From the IMG/VR virus record IMGVR_UViG_3300012952_000079, positions 1 through 30,080 of that record: 30,080 bases of DNA; one strand, 5' to 3'. Position 1 is the stretch's first letter, and every line of letters begins with the position of its first letter. A program made the position numbers and the translations under genes. The DNA is from a virus (Duplodnaviria; Caudoviricetes). This document shows positions 9,061-18,084 of this stretch, piece after piece. Below the pieces are notes generated by a model. The model was given only the letters and a program-made list of their open reading frames with translations. It did not search any database and had not been told where the DNA came from.

Positions 9061-9078
9061 ATTTTATAAAGGTTTAAA

Positions 9079-9729
9079 ATGGTAAAACTTCAATTAAATA
9101 CATCTCCTGATTATACAGATTTAATATCTTTAGCGACTGCTAAAAGTTTTTTAAGAGTAACTCATACAGCTGAAGATACATTAATAACTTCTTTTATTAC
9201 TGCGGCCTGTCAAGTAGCGGAGAATTATTGTAATAGTAAATTTTTAGATACTACTTATACTATGTATATGGAAACTTGGAATGATGTTTATGTAAGTAAT
9301 CATTATACTACTACTTTATCAGATGGAAGTTATTTAACTACTGGAGGATATGTAGGTACAGATGGATTAAATCAAATAGTATTACCTTACGCTCCTTTAG
9401 ATAGTGTAACTCATGTTAAGTATTATGATTCTAGTAATACTTTAATAACTTGGGTAGAAAATACAGATTATTCTGTACATACTTTCGTAAATCAAAAAGG
9501 ATTTATAGAAATAAAAGATGGAGTAAGTTTTCCTACTCTAGCAGAGAGAGCGGACGCTATACAAATAAAATTTAAGTCAAGTTATGGTAGCGGTAATGTA
9601 CCTGAAGCTATAAAAACAGGTATTTTATTAATACTTGGTTATATGTATGAAAAGAGAGAAGATTCAGTAAGTAGATTACCTAAAGCTTCTGAATACTTAT
9701 TAGATCCATATAGATTTAAAACTTATTAA
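9079..9729 (+). CDS. Head-tail connector (HK97 gp6 / phiE125 gp8-like)
   Basis: ISLATAKSFLRV....EDTLI..FI.AA...AE.Y and VPEAIK.GIL..LG.MYE.RE...LLDPYR. Confidence 0.88.
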   Translation: MVKLQLNTSPDYTDLISLATAKSFLRVTHTAEDTLITSFITAACQVAENYCNSKFLDTTYTMYMETWNDVYVSNHYTTTLSDGSYLTTGGYVGTDGLNQIVLPYAPLDSVTHVKYYDSSNTLITWVENTDYSVHTFVNQKGFIEIKDGVSFPTLAERADAIQIKFKSSYGSGNVPEAIKTGILLILGYMYEKREDSVSRLPKASEYLLDPYRFKTY

Positions 9730-9730
9730 A

Positions 9731-10105
9731 ATGGCTAAAAGTGAATTTTTAAAAGCTGGAGAGTTAGATACTCCTATAGATTTGTATTATAATACTAATA
9801 CTCAAAATGACTATGGAGAAATTACTAAAAGTAAAACTTTACTTAAAACTATATGGGCTAAATTAATTACTACTGGAACTAAAGGAAATGAAAAAGTAGA
9901 AGATGATACTATAAGAGCAGAGAGTAAAATAAATTTTTTAGTGAGGTATGATTCAGATTTAGAAATGAACAGCTCTAGTATATCTCCTGAAGATTATTTT
10001 GAAGTACTATATGAATCTAAATACTGGAATATATCTAGTATGGAAACTTTAGGTAGAGGTAAAGGAATAATTATAAGATGTTATTATACAGATAATACTT
10101 TATGA
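9731..10105 (+). CDS. Head closure/head-tail adaptor (SPP1 gp16-like)
   Basis: AGELD..I, NDYGE, TIWA, FLVRY, YWNI pattern; synteny. Confidence 0.85.
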   Translation: MAKSEFLKAGELDTPIDLYYNTNTQNDYGEITKSKTLLKTIWAKLITTGTKGNEKVEDDTIRAESKINFLVRYDSDLEMNSSSISPEDYFEVLYESKYWNISSMETLGRGKGIIIRCYYTDNTL

Positions 10106-10545
10106 GTGCAACTAATAAAAATAGAGCTGTAGATTTACAATTATCTAAAAATGATTTAAGAGATTTAAAATATGCTTTAGATCGTATAAGGGATCAATTT
10201 ACAGCAAAAGGAGCTAATACTCAAATAAATAAACTAGTTTATAGAGCTAGTAAACCTATGCGAATGAGTGCAAAAAGTTTAGCTCCAGTAGATAAAACTG
10301 GAATTTTAAAGAAAAAAACTACAGGCTGGAGAACTAAATCAGGAGTAAGAGTAGGAGCTAATTACAAAGGTAAAGGAAGAAAAGGGGGATGGTATGTACA
10401 TTTAGCTACATATCCTCATAAAGTAGGAAATTCTGAGGCTAAAACTAAAACTAGTACTCCTTATTTAGCAGACGCTTTTAATGCTACTAAAGGTATAGTA
10501 TCAAAAAATATCATGGATGAAGTTAAAAAGTTTCTTAAATGGTAG
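10102..10545 (+). CDS. HK97 gp10-like tail completion protein
   Basis: Basic protein with APVDKTGILK, WYVH, PYL..AF; synteny. Confidence 0.75.
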   Translation: MSATNKNRAVDLQLSKNDLRDLKYALDRIRDQFTAKGANTQINKLVYRASKPMRMSAKSLAPVDKTGILKKKTTGWRTKSGVRVGANYKGKGRKGGWYVHLATYPHKVGNSEAKTKTSTPYLADAFNATKGIVSKNIMDEVKKFLKW

Positions 10546-12062
10546 GAAAGGCTTTAAAATGGATGTTAATAGGAGATGGAACTGATGGATATAATCCGCA
10601 GTATGATATATATAATTTAATAGGTAATAATATATATCCTAATATAATACCTCAAAATGTAGGATTACCGGCTATCTCTTACAGGATAGAAAAAAATGAT
10701 CCTGATAAAATTAAAGAATTTAGAGCTCCTAATAATAGAGTATCTATAGAAATAGATGTAATGGCTAAAAATTATTCTTTAGTAAATCAGTTAAGTACTC
10801 TAGTTTTAAATCAACTTCATAGATATACAAACTCTTATAATAGTAATGATGATGATAGTATAGGATATGGTACTACTGAAGGAACTAATAAATATGGAAG
10901 GTTTGCCCCTGCTAGTACTGGAGAAGTACAATATGTAGGAGGTTTACAGATTCAATATCTAGAGTTTGAAAATTCTATAGAGAGTTTTGATGAGAAACTT
11001 GAAGTATATAAAAATACTTTATTATTTGATATGTTATATATAGATGATTTATCAACTTGGGGAGCTGATGTACTTTTAAAATTTAATGATTTTAATTTAA
11101 TGGCTACTAATGTAGGAGCTTCAGATAATCCTTTATATACTCAACCTATAGCAATAGATCAAGGAGTAAATTATCTTTTTACTCCATCTGTTTTAGTATC
11201 AGATAATAGTAATATATCTAGTAATACTTTAGATGGTATATATGAAAATTTTTATGATCCTTCAGGTACTAGTAATACTAATCGGCCTGATATTAAAAAA
11301 GATTCTTTTAATCCTCCTAAATATAATAGTAATAATTATTTAGAGTTTGGTAGTAATAAGTATTTAATATCATCTAAAGCTTCAGATAGAATAAATAGAA
11401 AATATAAAGAATTAACTTTTTTTACTGTATTAAAAATACCTGATTCTTATTTAACTGCTAAATCTACAGCTGTATTATTTAAAAAAAATAGTACTACAGA
11501 TAAAGTTACTTCTATATTTTTTAATACTGAAGTTATAGGTACTCCTACTTTTTTAGGAGGGGGTTTAGTAAAATTTAATGGAGGAGGTACAGCTTTAGAG
11601 GATGATGGGGCTGGAGGAGAAGATATAAGAGGATTTAATTTTTTTAGTGGTATAGTGTCTTGGCCAGCAATGGGATTTTATACTAATTTAAGTTTTGAAG
11701 ATCCTTTTTATTTTTCTGTAAGTTTTAAAAGAAAAGCAGGAGATAATACTTTATTAGAAGGTAGTTATGAACTTATTACATCTTCAGATTTTACAATATA
11801 TGGAGATACTAATGATTATTCAGAATGGGATGATACAGCTTCTACTTCTTTTAAAGAATACTTTTTTAATTTTGAAACTTTGCATAGTGATATTACTGGT
11901 TTTGATACTAAAGGAGCTGGTACTTTTGATTTAAATAATCCTTATAATTTATATGATTTTGTAATGTGGCCTGAAGCTTTAACTTTTGGTAATAATAAAT
12001 ACTTACAAATAAAAAGGAAAATAATAGAAAAGCATAATATGTATAATAGAACTACTAATTAA
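10539..12062 (+). CDS. Tail-terminator (DUF3168-like) domain fused to large beta-rich C-terminal domain, copy 1
   Basis: IYPNIIPQ...LPAISY...IEIDVMAKNY..V.QL...V...L terminator-like N-terminus; ~340 extra beta-rich residues. Confidence 0.65.
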   Translation: MVGKALKWMLIGDGTDGYNPQYDIYNLIGNNIYPNIIPQNVGLPAISYRIEKNDPDKIKEFRAPNNRVSIEIDVMAKNYSLVNQLSTLVLNQLHRYTNSYNSNDDDSIGYGTTEGTNKYGRFAPASTGEVQYVGGLQIQYLEFENSIESFDEKLEVYKNTLLFDMLYIDDLSTWGADVLLKFNDFNLMATNVGASDNPLYTQPIAIDQGVNYLFTPSVLVSDNSNISSNTLDGIYENFYDPSGTSNTNRPDIKKDSFNPPKYNSNNYLEFGSNKYLISSKASDRINRKYKELTFFTVLKIPDSYLTAKSTAVLFKKNSTTDKVTSIFFNTEVIGTPTFLGGGLVKFNGGGTALEDDGAGGEDIRGFNFFSGIVSWPAMGFYTNLSFEDPFYFSVSFKRKAGDNTLLEGSYELITSSDFTIYGDTNDYSEWDDTASTSFKEYFFNFETLHSDITGFDTKGAGTFDLNNPYNLYDFVMWPEALTFGNNKYLQIKRKIIEKHNMYNRTTN

Positions 12063-13537
12063 TGATCGGTAAAGCTATACATAGAATACTAAAAGATAAA
12101 ATTTCAGAGTTAAGTACTGGAGGTATTTTTCCTGTAGTAATGCCTCAAAACGCTAAATACTCAATAAGTAGTAATACAAATTATCCAGCTATAGTATATC
12201 ATCAGTTTACAGAACTGGAAACTTCAAAAGATAAAAATCCTAATATAGTTTTTTGTAGAGTAATGCTTCAAATAATAGGAGATTCATATAAAAGCATGGA
12301 GGATATAAGTACAAAAGTTAGAGATGTTTTAGATCATTATGCAGATAAATCTTTAGCTGGTTTAGTTAATGTACCTGGCTATACTGATGGAGGTTATAAT
12401 CATAGTTTTATCTCTAATGTAGATATACAAAATATATTTTATATAGAGGAGGAGGATGAGTATTTTGATAAACTAAATTTATTTACTAGAAGGATAGAGT
12501 ATGAAGTTTTTTATTATGATGATATAATAAAATTAAATTATGATATAAAAAATTCTGATGGATATACTCCTAGTAATCCTTTAGCTTTATGTTATGATTT
12601 TACACAAAGTAGATTAATGAGAGATGAACAGGCGGGAGTAGGAGGTATAGATTATGAAAGAATAATTACAGATAATTATAAAGTAGATTATGTTTTTAAT
12701 AAACTAGGTAGAGTAAAAAGTTTATCTTATAATACTTTAACTACTACAAATTATACTTATTATGAGTATATGATTTCAGGAGCTCCAGGCGGTTTACCTA
12801 CTTACAGGCCTAAATATCAAGATGGAATAAGTGAAAATACTTTACCTTTTTTAGAGTTTAATGAGTATAAATCTTTAGTAGTTAAATCTACAGATTCTCC
12901 TCTAGATACTCAGTTTGTAATGCCTTTTGGAGGTATGGTAATTTTAGTTTATAAACCTACTGGAACTGGTGGAGAAAATTATATTTTAGGATCTAATAAT
13001 GAAACTATAAATATAAGGCCTTTAATTTTTTCTCATAAAAAAGTAGGTAGTGATATTACTATACATTTTAAACCTAATGGAGTAGCTTTTGATGGTGCTT
13101 CTAGTGAAAGAACTCTAATAACTTCTACTGATTCTACTAATTTTTGGGATGCTGATTATCATTTTTTTTGCTTATCTTTGGGAGGTAGTAAGCAATATAC
13201 TGGAGGAAGTGTAAATCAAAAGGGCTGGTATGAGTATTTTAACTCAAATTATAATCCTAAACTAACTACAGGCCAGATACTTAAAGATAATAGTATAACT
13301 GGTAATACTGATAGTTTAGATAATGATATGGATAATAATTTTTTCATATCTAGGATAGGACAAAGGCAGTTAGATACATCAGCTGGATTTAGAATGTATG
13401 AGATGTTATTATTTATACCTAATGAAGTAGGAACTCATAATATAGATTCTGATTCAGCTCCTTTTCAACCTACAGATATAATATATAAAAAATTAAAAGA
13501 TTATATATATAAAAAATATACTAAATTAAATTTATAA
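12062..13537 (+). CDS. Tail-terminator (DUF3168-like) domain fused to large beta-rich C-terminal domain, copy 2
   Basis: MIGKAI..IL, IFPVVMPQ...YPAIVY...LQII..SY..M.DI...VR..LD; paralogous to upstream ORF. Confidence 0.68.
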   Translation: MIGKAIHRILKDKISELSTGGIFPVVMPQNAKYSISSNTNYPAIVYHQFTELETSKDKNPNIVFCRVMLQIIGDSYKSMEDISTKVRDVLDHYADKSLAGLVNVPGYTDGGYNHSFISNVDIQNIFYIEEEDEYFDKLNLFTRRIEYEVFYYDDIIKLNYDIKNSDGYTPSNPLALCYDFTQSRLMRDEQAGVGGIDYERIITDNYKVDYVFNKLGRVKSLSYNTLTTTNYTYYEYMISGAPGGLPTYRPKYQDGISENTLPFLEFNEYKSLVVKSTDSPLDTQFVMPFGGMVILVYKPTGTGGENYILGSNNETINIRPLIFSHKKVGSDITIHFKPNGVAFDGASSERTLITSTDSTNFWDADYHFFCLSLGGSKQYTGGSVNQKGWYEYFNSNYNPKLTTGQILKDNSITGNTDSLDNDMDNNFFISRIGQRQLDTSAGFRMYEMLLFIPNEVGTHNIDSDSAPFQPTDIIYKKLKDYIYKKYTKLNL

Positions 13538-13540
13538 GCT

Positions 13541-13759
13541 ATGAGTAAATTATATAAACCTACTTTAATTAAAGATTATGGGCCTCATAAAAAAGGAGAA
13601 AAATATGGATGGATAGATATAGAGGGATATACAAACCTTTTTAATAAAGGATGTATAGAAGATGAAGAAAATATACTAGAAAAAAAAGAAACTAAAAAAA
13701 CAAAAAAATCTAAAAAAGAAGATAAAACAGAAGAAAAAATAGAAGATAATAATAATTAA
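13541..13759 (+). CDS. Small hypothetical protein with Lys/Glu-rich tail
   Basis: 72 aa ORF in the structural operon. Confidence 0.7.
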   Translation: MSKLYKPTLIKDYGPHKKGEKYGWIDIEGYTNLFNKGCIEDEENILEKKETKKTKKSKKEDKTEEKIEDNNN

Positions 13760-13772
13760 AAAAAGTTAAAAT

Positions 13773-14228
13773 ATGGCAACTGTAATTAATGGTACTAATT
13801 TGGTACTAAAAGTAGATGACGCGGCCTCTCCAGCTGGAGATTATTCAGGATGTATAGCTGTGGCTGCAGCAACATCTGCAACAATTTCAATAACTACGGA
13901 TGTAGGAGAAGTAACAGATAAAGATTCAGGAGATCGTAAAGAATTTATAGGATTATCTAGCTCATGGACTTGTGATTGTGAGGTATTCTATAATGAAGAT
14001 GGTACTACGAATCCAGCTACTTTATTTCCTAGAATGTATGGCGACGCTACAGCTTCTCAAAATGGAGTAGCTCAATATCCTACAAAAGTATTAATAGAGT
14101 TTGATGGAGGAGGTAATGAATATAGAGGAGAGGGTTTTATTTCTAGTATGAGTATAACTGGAGGTACAGAGGACGCAGGAACTTACTCGGTTAGTATTAC
14201 TGGAACTGGCGAACTATCTTTAGTATAA
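13773..14228 (+). CDS. Major tail tube protein (TP901-1/Phage_tail_2-like), copy 1
   Basis: INGTNLVL, EVTDKDSG..KEF....SWT, GEGFISSMSI......TYSVSITGTGEL. Confidence 0.85.
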   Translation: MATVINGTNLVLKVDDAASPAGDYSGCIAVAAATSATISITTDVGEVTDKDSGDRKEFIGLSSSWTCDCEVFYNEDGTTNPATLFPRMYGDATASQNGVAQYPTKVLIEFDGGGNEYRGEGFISSMSITGGTEDAGTYSVSITGTGELSLV

Positions 14229-14262
14229 TAAAATTAATGTTAAATAAATAAAATAAAAAAAA

Positions 14263-14703
14263 ATGGCTGTTAAAACAATTTCAGGAAGTAGTTTAATTTT
14301 ATCTATAGATCTAGATGGAGCTGGAGCTGGAGCTTATGCTACTGTAGGCGGTAGTACATCCTGTACAGTATCAGTAAATCAAGAAACTATTGATACTACA
14401 AATAAAGAATCAGGAGGTAATAAAGCTTTTATTAATGGAGTACGAAGCTGGACTATGGACTGCGAAGCTTTATATACTCAAGGATCATCTGATGGAGAAG
14501 CTGTAAGATTTAAAACTCTTAATGACGCTTTACAAGCTGGTACTAGAATAAAGGTAAAATTTCATACTACAACTGGGCAAACTGGAGTAGTTTACTGGGA
14601 TGGATTTGGATATATTACTTCTTTATCAGTAAATGCTTCAGTAGCTGAATGGAGTACTTATTCTGTAAGTATTCAAGGAGATGGAGCTTTAACTACTACT
14701 TAA
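14263..14703 (+). CDS. Major tail tube protein (TP901-1/Phage_tail_2-like), copy 2
   Basis: ETIDTTNKESGG.KAFI.G.RSWT, G.GYITSLSV......TYSVSIQGDGAL. Confidence 0.87.
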   Translation: MAVKTISGSSLILSIDLDGAGAGAYATVGGSTSCTVSVNQETIDTTNKESGGNKAFINGVRSWTMDCEALYTQGSSDGEAVRFKTLNDALQAGTRIKVKFHTTTGQTGVVYWDGFGYITSLSVNASVAEWSTYSVSIQGDGALTTT

Positions 14704-14762
14704 TAAGTAAAGGGTACATAGTATAAATTATTTCTTTATATATTTAGAGAAATTTAATTATT

Positions 14763-15104
14763 ATGGTAGATAAAAAAACTATTGCTATAGGTGGAGAGGT
14801 AAGGCCTCTCCATTATGGGTTTTCTGCTCTTGCGGAGTGGTGCGATCTTACAGGATCAGGATTAAATGATTTATCCAAACTAGGAGAGAATTTATCTTTA
14901 TCTCATGCTATCCAATTAATTTATTGTGGTTTAAAACATGGAGCTAGAAGAAATAAAGCTGAATTTAATTATAATATAGAAGATGTAGGAGATTGGATAG
15001 ATGATGAAGGTATGGAAGTATTTACTGAAGCTATGGAGGTATTTAGTGAATCTATGGCTAAAATAAATACTGATGAAAAAAAAAAGAAAGTGAAGAAGAA
15101 GTAG
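14763..15104 (+). CDS. Tail assembly chaperone (lambda gpG analogue)
   Basis: Position between tube and tape measure; IGG..RPLHYGFSAL; ends in Lys run at slippery site. Confidence 0.82.
   Translation: MVDKKTIAIGGEVRPLHYGFSALAEWCDLTGSGLNDLSKLGENLSLSHAIQLIYCGLKHGARRNKAEFNYNIEDVGDWIDDEGMEVFTEAMEVFSESMAKINTDEKKKKVKKK
15080..15086 (+). other. Programmed -1 ribosomal frameshift site A_AAA_AAG
   Basis: In-frame slippery heptamer; the -1 frame opens at 15077 (after TGA 15074) and runs without stop into ORF 15128-15454. Confidence 0.82.
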
Positions 15105-15127
15105 ATCCTCCTACTCTAGAGCAGATA

Positions 15128-15454
15128 ATGAGTTTAGCTCTAGGATATTTAGATATGCCTATATCGGAGTTTTGGGATTTAACTCCTAGACAATTTCAGT
15201 TAAAACTGGATGGAAGGAGAGAGTATGAAGATATGCTACAGCGGTTTGAATGGGAGAGAGTAAGATTTCAAACTACTGCACTAATTAATAAAGATCGTAA
15301 GAGAAGTAATCAAATAAAACTTAAAGATTTAATTACTTTTGACTGGGAGAAAAAATTAGATCTTAAAAAGATAAATGAAGATAGGAAAAAAGCTATGTAT
15401 TTAATCGCTAAAGCTGAAAAAGAAAATAAAAAACAACAATCTAAAAAGGATTAA
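15128..15454 (+). CDS. Tail assembly chaperone C-terminal part (gpGT analogue, via -1 frameshift)
   Basis: EFWDLTPRQF motif typical of gpT-like segments; in -1 frame relative to upstream ORF. Confidence 0.8.
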   Translation: MSLALGYLDMPISEFWDLTPRQFQLKLDGRREYEDMLQRFEWERVRFQTTALINKDRKRSNQIKLKDLITFDWEKKLDLKKINEDRKKAMYLIAKAEKENKKQQSKKD

Positions 15455-17866
15455 ATGTCTAGTACTAAAACTTTATCCATATTTTTAAAACTCAATTCTA
15501 AAGAGTTTTCTTCTGGCCTTAAAAAAATAGAAGGCAAATTAAATAAATTTAGTAAGAATCTAGGAAAAATAGGATCATCTCTTACTACAAATGTATCTAT
15601 GCCTTTGATAGGTTTAGGAGCTGTAGCTGTTAAAACAGCTTCAGAGTTTGAAACTTCAATGACTAAAATACAAACTCTAGTAGGATTACCTAAAGAAGCT
15701 GTAGATCAACTTGGCGACGCTGTACTAAATTTATCAGGTAAAGTAGCTACAGGCCCTAAAGATTTAGCGGATGGTTTATATTTTCTAACTTCAGCGGGTT
15801 TAGACGCAGATAGTGCTATGAAGGCACTAGAAGCTACTGCTAAAGCTTCGGTATCAGGACTTGGAGATATGGAATCTTTGGCGACTGTAGCAGCAGCGGC
15901 TCAAAATGCCTATGGCGAAGAAGTATTAACATCATCTGAAGCTTTAGATATATTTGGATCTATGGTGCAGAGCGGTATGTTTAAGAGTGAAGAACTTGCT
16001 AATGTACTGGGTTCGCAACTTGGTTTAGCTTCTAATTTAGGTATAAGTATGGAGGAGGTAGGAGCTATGATTTCTACTTATACTAGAACAACTGGATCAG
16101 CTACTGACGCTACTACTGGTTTAAGTGGTATAATGATGAGTTTCGCTAAAATTACTCCAAAAGCTGAAAAAGCTTTAGCTGAAGCTACTGCAAGTATGGA
16201 AGGAGGGGCTATGAGTGCTGATGATTTGAGAGAGCACTTAGCAGAGAATGGTTTACAGGGAACTCTGATGATGTTAAAAGATCAATTTGAACAATCAGGA
16301 ATACCTTTATCAGAATTTTTTAGTAAATCTCAAGCTTTAAAAGGGGTACTAGGTGTAGTAGGTGCTCAAGGAGAGGAGTATGTAGAGATACTTAATAATA
16401 TGGAAGAAGCTCAGGGGTTTGTAAATAACGCTTTTGATGAAACTTCTGAAACTTCAGCTTTTAAATTTAAACAGAGTTTAGCTTCTTTACAATCAGCAGG
16501 AGTAAAACTAGGAGAAAGTTTAATGCCTATAGCTACTGGAATAGCGGATAAATTATCTTCTTTAGCTAATAGTTTTAGTAATATGAGTGAAGAAAGTAGA
16601 GCTAGAATCGTAAAACTAGGTTTAGCTTTAGTAGCACTTGGGCCTACATTATTAATCATCAGTAAAGTTATTAAATTATTTGGTTTTGTAGTAAAAGTTA
16701 TAAGATTTGCTAGAACTGCGGTAATAGCTTTTGGAGCGGCCGCTAGGGCTATGAATCCTATAGGGTTAGTAATAACTGCTATTATAGGTATGGTAGCTTT
16801 ACTTATTAAAAACTGGGACTGGACAAAGAAAAAAATCGTAGATGTAATAAATTATTTTATTGATTTATATAATGAATCTATGGCTTTTAAAATAGCTATA
16901 GAAGGTATTAAGTTTGCTTTTAAAGCTGTATGGAACTATATAGAGTATTTTTTCAATCAAGTAAAAACTATTTTTAGTGCTTTAGGTAATGCTATAGTAG
17001 ATTTAATCAACTTTAGATCTCCAGTAAGTAGGTTTAAAGACGCTATATCTGATATGAAAGATAACGCTACTGATTTTGTAGAAAAAACTGCTGATGATTT
17101 TGATACTATGATGGATAATATCCAAAGTAAAGATAAAATAGAATTTATAGATGAATCTGATATAGATAATGCTATAGGAGATGTAAAAGGACAATTAGAA
17201 GGATTTGTAGATGATATGAAAGGAGCTCTAGGTGTTGATGATTTACTTGGTACTGGAGGTACTGAAGAAATAGATCCTGTAGATGTAGATTTAATAGCTA
17301 ATACAGATGATATTACTTTTGAAGGAGAAGATCCATCTGTAGAAGTTAATCCAGTAGTAAAAACTGATAAACTACAGGAAACTATGAATGAAATAGGATC
17401 GGCTACAGAAACTGCTTTCAGTGCTATGGCTAATGCTCAAGGAGATGAAGATTTTACTGTAGTAGATCAAATAAAAAAACAAACTAGAGAAATAATATCA
17501 GCAAATATAGCGGCTGCAGTATCTAGTTTCGCTAAAGACGCGTTTGCTAAATTTGGTATTTTAGGGGCTGTAATGGCTGCGGCTGGAGGGAGTATAGTAG
17601 GATCATTATTTAACTCTATAATACCTCCTTTTGCGGAGGGAGGTATGGTATCAGGGCCTACTTTAGCTATGGTAGGAGAGGGAGCTGGTACAAGTATGAT
17701 TAATCCTGAAGTAATAGCTCCTTTAGATAAACTTAAAGGAATGATAGGAGATAGAGGAGGAGTAGCTAGAGTACATGGTAGTATATCAGGTAATGATATA
17801 TTATTAAGTAGTGATAGAACATCTAGTACTAGATCTAGGATAGCTGGATCTTCTACTAGGTTTTAA
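15455..17866 (+). CDS. Tail tape measure protein (TP901 core)
   Basis: 803 aa Ala/Gly-rich helical protein; ASEFETSMTKI, NPIGLVI hydrophobic stretch, C-terminal FAEGG.V.GPT...VGE...PEVIAPL. Confidence 0.93.
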   Translation: MSSTKTLSIFLKLNSKEFSSGLKKIEGKLNKFSKNLGKIGSSLTTNVSMPLIGLGAVAVKTASEFETSMTKIQTLVGLPKEAVDQLGDAVLNLSGKVATGPKDLADGLYFLTSAGLDADSAMKALEATAKASVSGLGDMESLATVAAAAQNAYGEEVLTSSEALDIFGSMVQSGMFKSEELANVLGSQLGLASNLGISMEEVGAMISTYTRTTGSATDATTGLSGIMMSFAKITPKAEKALAEATASMEGGAMSADDLREHLAENGLQGTLMMLKDQFEQSGIPLSEFFSKSQALKGVLGVVGAQGEEYVEILNNMEEAQGFVNNAFDETSETSAFKFKQSLASLQSAGVKLGESLMPIATGIADKLSSLANSFSNMSEESRARIVKLGLALVALGPTLLIISKVIKLFGFVVKVIRFARTAVIAFGAAARAMNPIGLVITAIIGMVALLIKNWDWTKKKIVDVINYFIDLYNESMAFKIAIEGIKFAFKAVWNYIEYFFNQVKTIFSALGNAIVDLINFRSPVSRFKDAISDMKDNATDFVEKTADDFDTMMDNIQSKDKIEFIDESDIDNAIGDVKGQLEGFVDDMKGALGVDDLLGTGGTEEIDPVDVDLIANTDDITFEGEDPSVEVNPVVKTDKLQETMNEIGSATETAFSAMANAQGDEDFTVVDQIKKQTREIISANIAAAVSSFAKDAFAKFGILGAVMAAAGGSIVGSLFNSIIPPFAEGGMVSGPTLAMVGEGAGTSMINPEVIAPLDKLKGMIGDRGGVARVHGSISGNDILLSSDRTSSTRSRIAGSSTRF

Positions 17867-17894
17867 ACTTTGTATAATTTTAAATAAATAAAAA

Positions 17895-18080
17895 ATGATA
17901 GATTTTATATTAAATAATTGGTTAGAGTTATTAATCGCTGTTATGGCTTTAGCTAAAGTAGTAGTAAATTTAACTCCTACAGAGAAGGATAATCAAGTAT
18001 TTACTTATATAGATAAAATAATAAATGCTATAGTACCTAATAAAAATAAAAAAGGTAAAAAACATAAAAACTGCTGCTAG
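17895..18080 (+). CDS. Small membrane protein (possible holin-like)
   Basis: N-terminal hydrophobic helix, LTPTEKD motif, basic C-terminus. Confidence 0.6.
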   Translation: MIDFILNNWLELLIAVMALAKVVVNLTPTEKDNQVFTYIDKIINAIVPNKNKKGKKHKNCC

Positions 18081-18084
18081 TTAA

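Noticed and set aside
16411-17194. Two minus-strand ORFs in the tape measure gene
   Set aside because: Shadow ORFs with no independent support
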